A stretch of DNA of 64,000 nt from Octopus vulgaris (lineage: Eukaryota). The notes beneath the pieces were generated by a model that saw nothing but the letters and a program-made list of their open reading frames with translations, did not search any database and was not told where the DNA came from. Position numbers and translations under genes: made by a program. Below, in pieces: positions 12,669 through 27,701 of this stretch (position 1 is the stretch's first letter; each line of letters starts with the position of its first letter). Where the stretch lies: contig OX597832.1 in NCBI GenBank assembly GCA_951406725.2, positions 12,772,001 through 12,836,000 on the forward strand, in the 5' to 3' direction.

Positions 12669-13775
12669 GTATCTATGTATGTATATACAATATATTGATA
12701 GATATTCTTTTATAGTTGGGTGCTTTTAATACGATACAAATGGTTTCATGCAAATAAATTCGCAATTTTTCAATTGTATTTTGAAAGATAATAGTTGTTC
12801 TGCCATTTTGTCTTATTTGATTCATACATGATATTCTATGAAAATAGATGTCGGAAAGTCATAACATTAATTAAGTAGGAAAAGGGAAGTAATCATTCAT
12901 GAAACATAGTACAGGTTATTTCCCTTTATGTCATTTGCAACCTGTGCAAAGTTAATATATACTATATAATTCTATATAAAGCATATTTAATTAAAATCTA
13001 TTATTATGAATCTTTTGTGTGTGTGTGTTTGTATAAAGTTTTATAAAACTGAGAAATTTAAACAGCGATAAGTCACATAAATACACATAATGTCAACATA
13101 CTCTATACGCATAATATCTATTACATTGCTTGCAATTTTGCGTTATAACGCTTGTGTTGGAAAGTGAGCATTAAACTGAATCTATATGCCCAGCTGCACA
13201 TTTTTACCGATACTGCAGTCATGAGCTTCGAATAGGCACACTTTCTGCCTATTCTGTTATTAAGTATGCTGATTGCATTAATTGTTAACAATATTATTTC
13301 AACGTTGTAGGTTGATAATTTTGTGTACAAAACCTATTAAGACTCTCGTCTGGATTTCATAAAATTTTCCCTCTCCACTTCTCTGAACATTTATGACTAA
13401 TTTGCCAAATCAATGAATTTACATAAAATGGCTTTCCCGAGTTTTAAAACTCAAACTTCGGAGAACGGATATCAACATGCCGCATGACATTTTATCTCAA
13501 TATTTATTGACAGAGACGATGAATTATGAACTCAATACGTATGTCTAGAGAACTATTTAATGTTATGTAACTGAAAGCCGCATAATTCTATTAGTCCGAT
13601 ATAGGTTTCCGATCGCACAGCTGGTAAATAGAGTATCTTTTGCATGGAAATAACTATTGCTAAATATCATCTTAAAGTTATGAAATAAATATTCTCTTCG
13701 TATCTTTCTGTCTCCTGGTATGTATTATTGTATCAATTTATATCCATATTTCTCCCTCTCACTCTTTACATATGC

Positions 13776-13818
<43 letters not shown>

Positions 13819-14377
13819 TAGATAGATAGATACATTCATACATACACACACAAGTCTATCTACGATCAAACTTCTACTTAAAACTAATAAGGATAAAACT
13901 AAAAACTGTACATTAAATCCTTTCATCTGGAATTGTGTTTCCTTACAAACGAATGCTTTTATTTACAGTAAAAAAAATAGTTTCTGTGAAGAAAATTTCT
14001 TTTAGGATACCGCAGTTTTACTACCGTAACTTTAACACGTCAAAACGATACAGGCTATGTGGAAATAAAAATATAAAAGTTTGCTTAGATACATTTTACA
14101 AGCAAATGTCTTTTTGAATCACAGATGATAAATGAAGATTTTTAATACTACGTTCACACAAATATTTTTCTATAGGTTCATGAAGGAAATGTGCAAATTT
14201 TTGTACCAGTATATAAATTTACAAATTTATTTAAGAAGAAAAGTAATAAAATACAGCCATAGAATAAGAATTCGTTCCTTTTCTTTTATCAAGGAAACGA
14301 ATTGTAACAACATAAAGAAAATAATAAGATCCACTATTTGAAATGTGTTTTTCTTTGAAGCTACTTAAGAACTTTTA

Positions 14378-14500
14378 AGACAGCGGCAAATATGTCGAGT
14401 TGTTAAAGCGTCGAACAGATTACAAAGTGACATTGTTTCCGGATCTTTGAGTTCAAATGCAGTCAATCTAGCCTTCAGTCTTTTTTGAGGTCGATGAATT
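14378..14500 (+). mobile_element. SINE family C, highly diverged fragment
   Basis: GAGTTCAAAT...GCCTTCAGTCTTTTTTGAGGTCGATGAA. Confidence 0.55.
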
Positions 14501-14899
14501 TAGTTTCTAGATTTTTTTTACAGCGAATGATTCTTGTTATTCTTTTTAATTTTGTTGCTGTGTTCAACCAGGAGAATGAGAGAGCGCCGCCGTATCTAAG
14601 AATGAACGAGTTTTTCCGTATATTTTGAAAGCGCTTCTAGGATGACGTAGGCATTCAAGGTCACAATGCAAAAATTTAACAACCTTTTCATTTTTTTACT
14701 AACTCAGAAGAAACATGACGATATATTAATCACACCTCTCGGCTCGGTTGGTTTATTACATACGAGAAAAATAACGTGTATCTTTCGTACAATATGAAAC
14801 CCACAACCGTTACGCTTCAAATTCAAAAATTCTTCTTCGCAAATATTTATTGTACACCTCTAAAAGTATGTATATTAATGAAGGAAAAAGCAAATGATA

Positions 14900-15637
14900 A
14901 TTTAACTTTCAAATTTGTTATCCTGTTTAATATATAGTTATCAACCCGCACCACTATAGAAGACTATCTTGATTTATTGACGGGCTCATCGGATCCTGCA
15001 CAAGTTACGGATACTGTTGTACCCTTTCTGACTCATAATATAAGATTTTCTTTGCGGGAACTTGATGGAAACTTTGACTGTGATGACATAATCAAAAATA
15101 GTAAATAATATTAGATGTTCCGTCATAGAGAGATTCCGTTAAGTAGAAGAAACATTCATTAAGAATTTAAGCACCTCTGATTTATCATGGAATATTAAAA
15201 GGTGAATGTTCTTGATGCTTAGAATTGAAATGTGATCTACATTTCCCTGTCCACATATGTAATGATTCTAATCATTAACCCAAAACTTCTATTCACCCAA
15301 CACCGTAATCTTATATAGATTGTTTCTCTTGAAATATCCAAATTTTTCTCTAACATAGAACTATTCAATAAGAGCTCTGAGTATGACAAAAATGCTTTTT
15401 TTTTAATGTTTACTTTGAAAATAAGATCCAATATATTGCATCCTCTCATTGAAACAACACTTAATTTAGTGTATATTCAATTGAAAATCACATGAAATAA
15501 ATTAAAACGCTACAGAATTATTTAACTTGCCCTTCCAAGCATAAAATACTTTAGCAAATAAACGAATAAGTGATAATACTAGTATAATCGCATCTAATAT
15601 AATTAAACACAATGATAATGTAACTAGAAGCTGATCC

Positions 15638-15683
<46 letters not shown>

Positions 15684-16215
15684 GCAAATACAAATCGTTA
15701 AGCTTACAGTCGGAGAAGTTTAATAAAACAAATGAAATTGCTTAACCTGAACCTCTTGAGAATGAACAGATAGCTAAGCAGAGAGTTAAAATGTATAGTA
15801 TAATAAAATAAGAACATACATCTAATAGGAAGTTTAAATAAAATGGTCAGAACAATTCTAATACAAATATTAAAATTCTAACTTAAAACGAGCAACCAGA
15901 AACAATGTAATCAATTCTGACATGTCTAAAATTGGATATTCTAGCAAAATATCTTCATATACACGCATTACGACATCCTCCCAATAAGAATTACTGCACC
16001 GCATGAAAACAATAGAAATATCATATTAAAAAGATTAAACGTAACTTGGTTTAGCACACTGCATGTAAAAACTATGAAACATATATGCCTTAATTCTCTT
16101 TAATGCATTAAGTAAGAATTTTGCTCCTAACCACATATAACATTGAATTTTTAGGAAAATACACTGTTAAATTTTCTCATTGTACAGTACCAAATCTTAT
16201 AGAATACTCTAAGGT
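14900..16215 (+). mobile_element. Decayed Naiad-type PLE
   Basis: LDLLTGSSDPAQVTDTV at ~14968-15020; FAPNHI*H*IF and KYTVKFSHCTVPNL at ~16120-16200, resembling the Naiad linker. Many stops and deletions; contains (AAT)n at 15638-15682. Confidence 0.65.
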
Positions 16216-16220
16216 TTAAA

Positions 16221-16439
16221 TACTGGTTTCAAGATTTGGCACAAGCCCATCAATTTAGGATTAGCAAGTTAAGTCAATTACATCGACTCCAGTGCTCAGC
16301 TGGTACTTATTTTATCGTCTCCGAAAAAGTGAATGGCAAAGTCTACATCGGCGGAATTTGAACTCGAACGTAAATGTAGACGAAATTCCGCAAAAGAATT
16401 TAGCTCGGCATGCTAATATATCTATCGACTCGCCGCCTT
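16221..16439 (-). mobile_element. SINE family C, near full length
   Basis: CTGGTACTTATTTTATCG...GGCGGAATTTGAACTC...CTCGCCGCC. Confidence 0.88.
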
Positions 16440-16454
16440 CAGCAAATGGAAAAT

Positions 16455-16605
16455 AATAATATCCTTTCAAATATAGGCAAAAGGCCTGATATTTTGGGGA
16501 AAGTAGCTACATTATATCGTACCAGTGTCAGGCTGGTAAGTCACCTCCGAAATGAAGAGGCAAAGTCGACTATGGCGGAATTTGAATTCGGAATGTAAAG
16601 ATGTA
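16455..16605 (-). mobile_element. SINE family C, partial, adjacent to the previous copy
   Basis: GGCAAAAGGCCTGATATTTTGGGG tail and GCAAAGTCGACTATGGCGGAATTTGAA. Confidence 0.75.
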
Positions 16606-17379
16606 CGAAATGTCTTGATGCTAAACTCTAAATAAAATCTCAGTTGTGCAACTCTCGTAGAAGGAATTTTTTTTACCAAGGTCGCGAAATTGAAGGCACA
16701 GTATTCACTAAACTCATATATAAACGATAAGTCGGTATACCAATTTGAAGAATAGCGAATGAAATCAATATTAGTAACTATCAATTAAAATTACTCATTA
16801 AAACCTGATGAATTTAAACGCTTTACAAGTTATCCATATAGGCTGTCTTGTTGGAGGATCTACCTACAAACGCCATCTCATGTAGAAACGAGTCAACTTG
16901 AATAAATAACGTATTGAAATGTAGCTGTAGAACGACTTCGACTTGTCCAGTTTAAATAGCGCCTCAGTGACAACTTTATCTTCAAATACACTTAATAACG
17001 TCGTATATCATTTCATTAAATTCTGTTACAATTTAGAGACACACACAACTTAAGAATAATATAAAGCAATTCAACTTGATAAGTGAATCGCATTCTATTC
17101 TTAACTCTTTTCATATGTAATAGAAACTGCATAGATACATCTTCCCAAGTGCCCGTTCCTACACCGAAACCTGCAGAGATGCAGACTAAGATCTACAAAA
17201 ACGCTACATATATTTCTAGGTCACATTCAATCAGTTCCCCTAAAACAAGAATGCTTTTACACTTATAAACACAAAGCTTAGTCCCTGAAATTCTACGAAA
17301 ACAATTAGACACCATGAAAATAGTAAATAACAGCTAAATTCATTCTTCAGTTCAATGAGGTTAACGTTACTATATGAAT

Positions 17380-17767
17380 TGGAGGCGCAATGGCCCAGTG
17401 GTTAGGGCAGCAGACTCGCGGTCATAGGATCGCGGTTTCGATTCCCAGACCGGGCGTTGTGAGTGTTTATTGAGCGAAAACACCTAAAAGCTCCACGAGG
17501 CTCCGGCAGGGGATGGTGGTGATCCATGCTGTACTCTTTCACCACAACTTTCTCTCAGTCTTACTTCCTGTGTCTGTTGTACCTGTATTTCAAGGGGCCG
17601 GCCTTGTCACTCTCTGTGTCACGCTGAATATCCTCGAGAACTACGTCAAGGGTGCACGTGTCTGTGGAGTGCTGAGCCACTTACACGTTAATTTCACGAG
17701 CAGGCTGTTCCGTTGATTCGGATCAACCGGAACCCTCATCGTCGTAACCGACGGAGTGCTTCCATCC
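17380..17767 (+). mobile_element. tRNA-derived SINE family B, full length
   Basis: A box TGGCCCAGTGG, B box GGTTTCGATTCCC; TSD ACTATATGAAT at 17369-17379 and 17768-17778. Confidence 0.95.
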
Positions 17768-18134
17768 ACTATATGAATATAGTACTTTTCAAAAGCCGAG
17801 GCTATAAAATTACTGTATCCCTATTATATAAAAATACAATGTAGTTACCTATAAATGTCTTTGTTAGTATTATATATACATATATGTATATACTGAAACT
17901 GTTCACAAGACGGAAATATAAAAGATAATACACATTACTTCTGAATAATAAATTGATAAAATAATCCCTAATCTTTTAATCTTATTCTGTTTAAAACGTA
18001 AATCATAACTGTCATTGAAACTTAGAATGTGCGTATTATGTTTCTAGAGGTGTATACGATTGTCGTATATGAAGAAATAATTATAAACTCTGTGTACGTG
18101 TATAAGTATGCATAATTGAGCATGCACAAACATG

Positions 18135-18180
18135 CACGTGTAATTGAACATGTGTGTGTGTATGTGTATACGCATGTATG

Positions 18181-18229
<49 letters not shown>

Positions 18230-18355
18230 ATTTGTATATAATCACATATATATATATATGTATATGCATATATATACATATGTGTATATATATGTATATA
18301 TATATATATATACATATATATACATATATATACATACATATATATATACATAAAT

Positions 18356-18411
<56 letters not shown>

Positions 18412-18435
18412 GAGTACATATATACTATATATAAC
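18135..18435. repeat. Compound TA/TG/CA microsatellite
   Basis: Direct reading. Confidence 0.95.
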
Positions 18436-18948
18436 ACAATATATACTAAGTAGTGTTATGCAATCTATAAAAGGCTCGTAAGAAACGAGAAATAACGAGT
18501 GACTAGATACGTACTGTTATTTCTTTGTAGCCAACTTGAAACCTGCTGGCATCACTTTTGCCATCGAAACCATTTATTTCTGTTAAATTTGTATCTTCTT
18601 CTATGTAAGGTAGCTCAGGATGTTAAGCTTAATTTTCTTCCCTAGACATTCTGACTAAAGTTATTTCTCTTCTATATTTAGTTCACTGATAAAATAAATC
18701 TAATGGTTTTCCTTCTTTTCATGTCATATAAAGAATGCTCTGTCAAGTTTATCGTGCTCATAACTTTGCACTGCTAAACTACAAATCTTGATAAAGAGTA
18801 ATGTCTATTTTTCAATATTATTATGCAATCATCTACGCAATCAGTGAAACACGGGTAAATATTATATAACTTATGTAATAGAAAAAAGATAGACTACTTT
18901 TCCTGATGTATTCATCTTTCGGACATACATGCATACACATATATAAGC

Positions 18949-19006
<58 letters not shown>

Positions 19007-19039
19007 ATGTATATATAAATATATATATATCTATATATT

Positions 19040-19260
19040 TACTCATTACTCATTTACTTATTTCAATCATTTGACTGAGGCCATGCTGGAGCACCGCCTT
19101 TAGTCGAGGAAATCGTCCCCAGGACTTATTCTTTGTAAGCCTAGTACTTATTCTATCGGTCTCTTTTGCCGAACCGCTAAGTTACGGAGACGTAAACACA
19201 CCAGCATCGGTTGTCAAGCGATGTTGGGGGGGGGGGGGGGCAAACACAACACACAAACAT

Positions 19261-19295
<35 letters not shown>

Positions 19296-19466
19296 CACAC
19301 ATATACGATGGGCTTTTTTCAGTTTCTGTCTACCAAATCCACTTATAAAGCTTTGGTCGGCCCGAGGCTATAATACAAGACACTTGCCCAAGGTGCCACG
19401 CAGTGGGACTGAACCGGGAACCATGTGGTTCGTAAGGAACCTACTTACCACACAGCCACTTCTCCG

Positions 19467-19469
<3 letters not shown>
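19040..19469 (-). mobile_element. SINE family A, full length with internal poly-G/(CA)n/(TA)n
   Basis: Reverse complement of both halves seen at 571-728 and 1470-1663. Confidence 0.93.
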
Positions 19470-19505
<36 letters not shown>

Positions 19506-19795
19506 GTATAAAATATGTATAGAGGGTATGTAACTATTCCAGGTATACACTATATTACACTAGTTTCAAATTTCAATAAGATTTCCATCGGTGAGTTGAA
19601 ATTTTCCGCAGGGCAAATAAATTACACTACTGAGAATGCTTTCAATTACAAAGCACTAAGATTATCACCCGTCTACCGTCAATCTTGCTTTTAATCTTTA
19701 AATAGTATATTTTATCATATAGCATACTATTATAGTGTACTTGGTTTATTACTTACACTATATATTTTTGTTTCTCCAATGACAGTAAGGAAAAT

Positions 19796-19859
<64 letters not shown>

Positions 19860-20039
19860 TTAATTTCTGTCAAATAAATAAAATTAATTAGATGATTACT
19901 TTTGACCACAACTCACATTTAATATATTTAAGATTATGTTTATTTAAAGCAAGTAAGAATGGGCAATGATTGCTTACCTTCTTCGGATGTTTTTCTTACA
20001 AAATTTTTACTCATTAGAAAATATGCAATCCGGCCACTA

Positions 20040-20750
20040 GCGTATAAAATTAATTAAATTTACTCGTATAATATATCCAATTAAGCTTAAATTGCAAATA
20101 TCATATCTTGATGCTATCAGCATTAAACCGTTTGCTATTCTGAGTTGTGTAAGAAACTAGATTTTATAATAGCTAGTATAATATTTATTTCTTCTTTAGA
20201 TAAGCTTGAGAGAAATCTTAATTGAGTTTCAAAGAAAATACTGGTTAAAGAAAAACAGATCTGATAAGTTTTACATTATTAAGGGCTCCAGCGACTCCGC
20301 TCAGATGACTGGTATAGTGAGAATTTACATTTCAAAATGTATTAATAATGATTTTCCATAGATGGGATGCGCGTATAATATAGTAATGACGCTCTCTTTA
20401 GTAAATATAAATCTAGTAAAGCGAATCCAGAGAGATCCTGGGAAAAGCTAATTCAATTATATAAAGATCTAGGTCTGTCTATTTCCATTGAATTTTAGCA
20501 TAGTAAGGTTAATTTTCTTAGTGTGAATTTGGATTTGGGTACGGGAGCATATTCACTGTACCATAAACCCAATGAAAACTTAAAGTATATATCAAAAATC
20601 CAAATCATCCGAAACTATTACTGAGTCTTTAGTTTAAAAGGTCTCCCTAGATGTCTAGACTATCTACTAACGAAGAGATATTAAAAATTGATCAAAAATA
20701 CTACAATAATGTCGTAACTGAAACTGCATATAAAAGATAAGGTAGTCTGT
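20040..20750 (+). mobile_element. Decayed Naiad-type PLE reverse transcriptase
   Basis: YWLKKNRSDKFYIIKGSSDSAQMTGIVRIYI and KDLGLSISIEF*HSKVNFLSVNLDLGTGAYSLYHKPNENLKYI, then SNHP after a frameshift. Confidence 0.85.
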
Positions 20751-21268
20751 GCCTCTTAAAATGATAAAAAAAAAACAGCATATGAATACGGTTTGTATTA
20801 TGAGTCAAACAGTTGTAGGTTGTAACAAAAGTGAACATAAATTACAAAACCTGCATAAGAATAATGAGATTTCTAGTCGTCATGTAGAACATCACAATAA
20901 TAAATATTGTCGCATCATGGATAGCGATATGATTTTAAGTAAACCCATAGTAAACATAGTAATTGAATTAAAATAAAAGCCTAGAATAGTCATAAAAATT
21001 AGGCATTTTACAAAATCAGTGATCACTGCACTAAGAGGCAGGCATAGTTTACAGTACTACGCAGTCTTCGGAGCTTAGACAGCTATAAATATGCCCGCAA
21101 AATCGTTCATCTTAACCAATTCTGTATGTTACATGTCTTTCAATGTAGGAAGCCAGACCTGGATTACATCAGAGTACTATTAAGGTATATGCTCATGTTC
21201 CAAATACCTGTGTGTGTGTGTGTTCGTGTGTGTGCGTGTGTGTGCGTGTGTGTGTGGGTGTGTGTGTG

Positions 21269-21347
21269 TACATTGGAACCTCAGGTTACGAATGTAACGA
21301 GTTCCTCAAAGTCGTTCGTCACTTGAGATGTTCCTAAACCGAAACTA
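21269..21347 (+). mobile_element. Tigger/pogo-like terminal fragment
   Basis: TA-CATTGGAACCTCAGGTTACGAA resembles the CAGTGGAACCTC TIR type; no partner TIR found. Confidence 0.4.
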
Positions 21348-23220
21348 TTTAAAGAATTTGAAGATGAAAAATGATGAACTATTGAGGATGATAGCAAAAT
21401 AACCTTTGCACAGTCACTAGTTCGCATACAAATACTGGCTAAATGATGCTCAAATCACACCTTATGCAGCAAGAAGAGACTCATCGGGTAATGTATTATA
21501 AATTATATTATTTTAATAAAATGTAAGAGAAGAGAAAGTAGTCACCTATGTACAAATAGTTCGGTTGGCTTCAGCTAGAAATCTCTCATCATTGGTGTTC
21601 GTAATTTTATAGCTAAACATTATTAATATTTTCAAACAATGAAGAACATTGTGTCTGAGAATCTCAACCACATTTTCTATGTTGGTACATTGATATTTTC
21701 CCTCTTATTCATGTGAAACTAGAGGCACAAAATAAACCTTATAAGCGCATTTCTCTTAGAAAACATTTTTTTTTTTTTTAGTGAGTGATTTTTACTTGCA
21801 ATAGTAAATCGTAACCCTGGCTGACGGAGGGATTAGCGGGTAATGCATTTATAAGCATTTCAGAATTCAGAAAACACATGAACTACTATGTAGAGGAGGG
21901 CTTAAAAAGAAGCAAACATAGATCAAAATTTAAAGGATAAATATGTAGTCTTAAAACAATCACAGAAACTACCTCCCCTCGTTCTGTCACAAAAACCATA
22001 AATCCTTATAAACTCTTCTTTAGGCAACCAAATCATACAAATCTTCTGTACGCAACGAAATCGTACAAATGCGGAAATAAACAAGGAACCACACACATAT
22101 ACATACTTACATACTAGTTCATACCTGTAGATATGATTGCCTCTGTGTGTATGTGTGTGTGTGTAGACTTATTTACTTATACATATATGTATACAGACGT
22201 ACATAGATGTCTCTGAATCCATACGTGTTGGTTCATGAGTTCATTCATATTTGGGAGTGAATGCATGTGTAGCCAGACGGTAAACTATTCGCTTCATAAT
22301 CCTCAGTTTGTAGGTTCCATATCACTACTTTGTTTTTACTCAAATATACTTTAAAATAAATGAGAGTACAGCTGTCTGTGAACTGCTCAATTACAATAGT
22401 CTCCGACGATTCAATGTAAGAGTTGCATTGATTCAATAAGTGAAATACATGTTGTCAATAACAATGCATAACTTTATAAAGTTTAAAATGTACGTGAATA
22501 TGTATGCATGTCCGTATACATTTTATATGTACATAGACTGATAAATTAGTCGATATGTATGTGTGTATATATATTTTGAAATAATTAGCAGCGAAAAATA
22601 TGTTTGTACAAAGATAAAATTCATATACGTAGCATTGTTATTAAAGTAATTTTCTACCAATTCAGCTGGTACATTTGCTTCCTGTCTATTTCAAATAATC
22701 ATTAGGAATATTTTCAAATTTAGTCATGTTGTTTTTGGTTTTTCTTCTTTTCCAGTATTTTGGGAAAACGGTGAGATTATGTCTATTAATTATGTCACGT
22801 ATTGTAGTTAATAAACAGTTACACATTCACTTGAACATACACATGTTTGTATGTTATATTTACATATATAACATATACATATATATAAGTTTAGATATAT
22901 ATGTCTATGTATGTATATATATATATATATCTATATACGAATATATATTCAAACGTATATATATATCAGCCTGACTTACATATAGTTCACTTTAGATAAA
23001 TTATCAGTTCACTATACTTTGTCCAACATGCTCACAATTTTGCATGTATACAAAATGTTTAGTGTATTTGTAATTGTGTGCTGGAGACTGGTTTCGTACA
23101 TGCATGATGCAAATCAGTTGCCTTCTCACACAAAGACACATGCACAAGCATGCGCGCGCACATGCGTGCATGCACATGATGAATATGCATAAATACGTGT
23201 ATATATATAGAAATATATAC

Positions 23221-23252
<32 letters not shown>

Positions 23253-23305
23253 TCACATATGTATATAAATATATACATATACATATGTTTATATGTGTTT
23301 TTATA

Positions 23306-23360
<55 letters not shown>

Positions 23361-25101
23361 ATGTGTGTGTGTGTATGAATATTCATATATGTATATGCAT
23401 ATGTATATGCATACCCTTATATTTGCAGACTATACATGTCTAAATATGGTTTCACTCTTTATCTAATTTCACAATAAATGTAGATTCTATTAGTCTTTCA
23501 TTCACATGCGTATGTATTCACACATATAATTGAAAATATATAATGACACATTGAGTTGTTTTGTTTTTTTAATATGCATTAGTTTTGAAATTGTTAATGT
23601 ATATAAGTATATATAATTCTATGTTTGCATGCTTTTCTACACGAAGGTGGTTTACATTTTTGTAAATATTTGTAAAACAGGTTTAAACTGATCAAATCAA
23701 GAACTATACAATCATTAGTAATTAACAGTTAATCGCTACAATCTGTATATTACTGGTATTGAGCTTTCACTCTATACAGATAAGATAAAATGCAAAGTGG
23801 ATTATCACTCGTTTTAAACGCCAGAAAATTCTGATCTGTTTAGTAAATACCATAATTGATTTCGTCCTAATCCTTAGACTTTGTAATGAGAAAATCTTTA
23901 ATATCGATATGTTTGAACAATGCTGCAGGTTGGTGGGTCATTAAAAAGAAGAAAAAAAAACATGAAGCTATTGTGTTAGGTATTGAAAATATCTGGAGCA
24001 TTTCAGCCATTTATTTATTTGACCCGGAAAGTCAATCATAGGTTAATTGCAATTCAGAACACACAAGGGAAAACAATATAGTTTCGGGCATTCTCCCCGA
24101 TTTTTTTTCTATTTATGCCATTTTCCCATCTTTCCAACATTCATAATAGCTGTTGTATAGCTGATGTTGATACATGATTGCTGACAATTTCATTTTCTTT
24201 CACAATGATTCTACGTCTCTGTTCAGTTCCCACACATAGACACGACTAGAAAGACATAACAATTTCATTTTGATAGGAACATTTTATCTGTAATGAAGAA
24301 AAACTGTCGAATCTTATTTCTGTTATCTCCTCGGATATTTTTCTTAGGTCTATTTATCTTATCCCCATCCAATTGTCTTTAAGCTTCTACCAATTTGTAC
24401 ATCTGTTGTATCTTTAAGATGAGATATCGGTGTGTGGTGATTGGTGTGCTTTTCGGTCTATTATTCTCATCCCGAATTCATCTAGCTTCTCACTTACTAT
24501 ATAAAGGATAGCGCTATCAGGTGATCACAAAAACCGTCAGATAATACATTGATCGGCAGTAAAGAGAACAAAAACAGTAAAAGACGTAAATAGTGGCTTG
24601 AAAATTAACTATTGATTATTATCATTGCATTTCTTGTGCTGCTCTTTTCTTTTACAATTTTGTTCCTTTTTTTTTACATACCATTCATTTCCAAGAATCA
24701 TCACATGCTGATATCCAGCGATTTCATCTTCACTCCAACCCAACGCCATGTCAAAAACACAGTGTGTACCAATATGAAAATCTATACAGAGAAATCTGGT
24801 CAAGGTGAAAAATGTGACAATAGGAGTCATATTATGGGGGAAAAAAACGTATTTTATAAAGCAACCTCAACTTCTAGCTGTATATATTATCTCTCTTCAT
24901 AATACTGGTTTATTTGAACAAAAAACTTTTTATAATGCAAAACACCACAACACACTTAAAAGGAATCTAGAAGATGAAAGCTTACATACATGCACGTGTG
25001 TGTATATATATATATATATTTATCTATATACATATATTTCACACACATACTTATATATACATATGTTTATCTATATACATATATTTCACACACACATGCT
25101 C

Positions 25102-25150
<49 letters not shown>

Positions 25151-25499
25151 GTTTTTTTTGTCGCTGTTGTTCTGAAGAAAGTTTTCTCATTCTAACAAAG
25201 TACTCAGGAAGAATAGCAAAATATGGTTGTTTATGAAATATCGGTTTACAGAGTTATAATTCTTTTTCGAAGCTCATACTATTTTTTTCTACAAAGAATG
25301 GTTTTGAACAAAATATGAGCGCTGAAACGGAATTATAGCACTGTAAGCCAGTTTTTAATACACACATACATGTAAACATTACATAGTAGAGGAAAGAGGA
25401 CAGACAGCCATAGAAGCAGATAGAGAGGGTGAGAGAGAGAGAAAGATTTAGATAAACATATGACGTGATATATATATATATATATATATACGCATACAT

Positions 25500-26560
25500 A
25501 CTCTTATAAAACTGAAAATCTTCCAATCTTCTGAGGTGTATCATAGTTATTCTCCTGCGTTCAAGGTTTCCAGGATTTCAATCGATGTTTTTAATAATTT
25601 CTGTTCTATCTCCAAACAATATCAGGCTCTGGGTAAAAGGTTTCTTCTATATGAGAAACAAGATGTTTGTACATGAGAAGACATGAGGAAAATACGAGAA
25701 GATTGATCCAGAAATGGCTGGAATGAGGAAACACAGGATGAATAAACACGGAAGAAGAAGAAGAAGAAAAGAAAGGAACTAAATTAGAATCACAACCCAT
25801 TTAACGTAGAATCTGTACTAGCTGGTGTGAAATAAAATGACGGAGGGGAGAGTAAACTCACAATCTGGAAAGGGTGGTTTCCTCCAGTTCGACAATTGAA
25901 ATTTGTCCATATCCTGCTATTTGCTAAAACCTGCGGATCTAGAAGTAGTGTGGTAGAATTCTTGGATCTAGAAAATAATCTTTTATTTACGCTTAAGTTC
26001 CATTTCTTAGATCCTTTAATATATGGTATAGATTTGTCCACGATTCTCCACTTGGATTGCATGTGATGTGTTATTGGTCTTCAGATCCTATATGTGTTTA
26101 GCCTACTTAGTGGCTTTAATTCTGTTGATGTGCCGCATAAAAGAGTGATGGTTTGGATAACGTCTTTTAAACTTGCCCTCACATAAATCAGCGTAATCTG
26201 TTTTTTTCTGTTACGTTATCTTGAAGCGTTGCTGTAACTTCTGACTCACAGATTAGAGAATACATCATAAACGCCTGGTCAAGTTTCGAGGTCGCGACAT
26301 TTACAACTCGGAGAAGGCTCTTAATGAGCCTTGCGAGATACGATGATCATACTGGGAGTAACAGCTGTACCATATTTTTATCGAGCGCCCATTATTTCAT
26401 CATTCCAAACATGAACATATCGTCTTCTGTACACATGATGATATTATATAATTTAGTCTTTCTTTTACATGACGTTAGGATTGATTTGAGGAAGTCGCCA
26501 GCTATATCTGGCAGACTTAGTGTCCATATGAAATGAGCAGTCTTAAGACGACAAATCAAT
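25500..26560 (-). mobile_element. Highly decayed RTE-type LINE relic (APE region)
   Basis: Short minus-strand motifs SCYS and YDHRI (cf. SCYSP, SDHR) near 26330-26375. Boundaries uncertain. Confidence 0.4.
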
Positions 26561-27648
26561 TAAGCTGCATTAATTGAAAATTAATATATTGTCATACAGT
26601 CAGCCCTTGACTAGTCACAACTAATATCAATTCTGAATATGTTTCTCATAGGAGATCTGCTGTGGTGTACTCCTAAGTAATTCTGTTTCTTTTTCACTTA
26701 AAGAATACAGTCTTCTCTATAAATATGTATGTGTATATGTATAATCGCGATAGTCTTGTATGTGTATTTTGTACAATTAAGAGAAACAAATATTTCTAGA
26801 TTTTGTTTTCTAGACACAAGTCTTCAATCCAATCTGAATTATAGATGGACAGGTTAAGCTCAAACATATTATTTTCTTTACTATGACTGTCAAAGCTTAG
26901 TTTCTTATCGAAATTTTGATCCCTTGTGATGACTTAATTATCTTTACAAAAGCGTTTGTTTCAGTTAAAATACAATTAACATAAAAAAAGATTCAGCTAC
27001 GAAGAGGAAGATTCTTATTTGATTGTATTGCAAGATACGAACCGAAGTGATTTAATTCTCATCGTATAAGCGCATCCGGTTTTCTTGCAATAAAAAATAG
27101 TTCAAGGGTGGTTGTTAGAAATCTAACAGGGTTAATAAAAAAATAATATGTCAAGAGGACGGATGAACCCGGTATACGTTCAAAGACTATATAACAATGG
27201 TACTCGTACTCAGAAATTAAAGGTTGGTGTGCTGGAAATTAAAGGCTTGCTAAAAGGCCAGAGGGAGGAATGCACCATCAGCTTTTGATAAAGTATGTCT
27301 CTGGTAGAATTCCACTGTGATATACAACCGGATATGCAACGAATAGCATTGGACATTATGTGGGATATTTTGCATACGCTTGAGGTTATGACATTCCCAC
27401 ATTCCATAGCCTACGAGTCATATTGGCACTAAACATTTTGGTCCTTAATTATCACCGGACCATGGAATAGATTGTCTATGTGGCGATTTTGCAAGAGTGT
27501 TGCCAGTGTACGGCTGATCAGCCCAACCTTTATATGTGCGTATGTATGCATAGTGTTCGCTAAGCATTACGTGAAAGTGTTAATGATTCTGGCAGCTCGC
27601 CTCCTTACACACACACGTTCCATTATGACACAATGTCTCATTGTTTGG

Positions 27649-27701
<53 letters not shown>

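Noticed and set aside
17380-17455. tRNA gene
   Set aside because: It is a SINE head that continues into a shared body and is bounded by a TSD.
17513-17716. Recurrent peptide VSVVPVFQ..GLVTLCVTLN in three ORFs (7486, 17513, 56561)
   Set aside because: It lies inside SINE family B; the similarity reflects repeat copies, not a gene family.
24609-24902. Complex-looking short ORFs on both strands
   Set aside because: No recognisable domain or splice structure; may be an unidentified repeat relic.
27140-27620. Possible LINE 3' fragments (also near 43400-43760 and 50160-50340)
   Set aside because: Motifs too degraded to support a call by eye.
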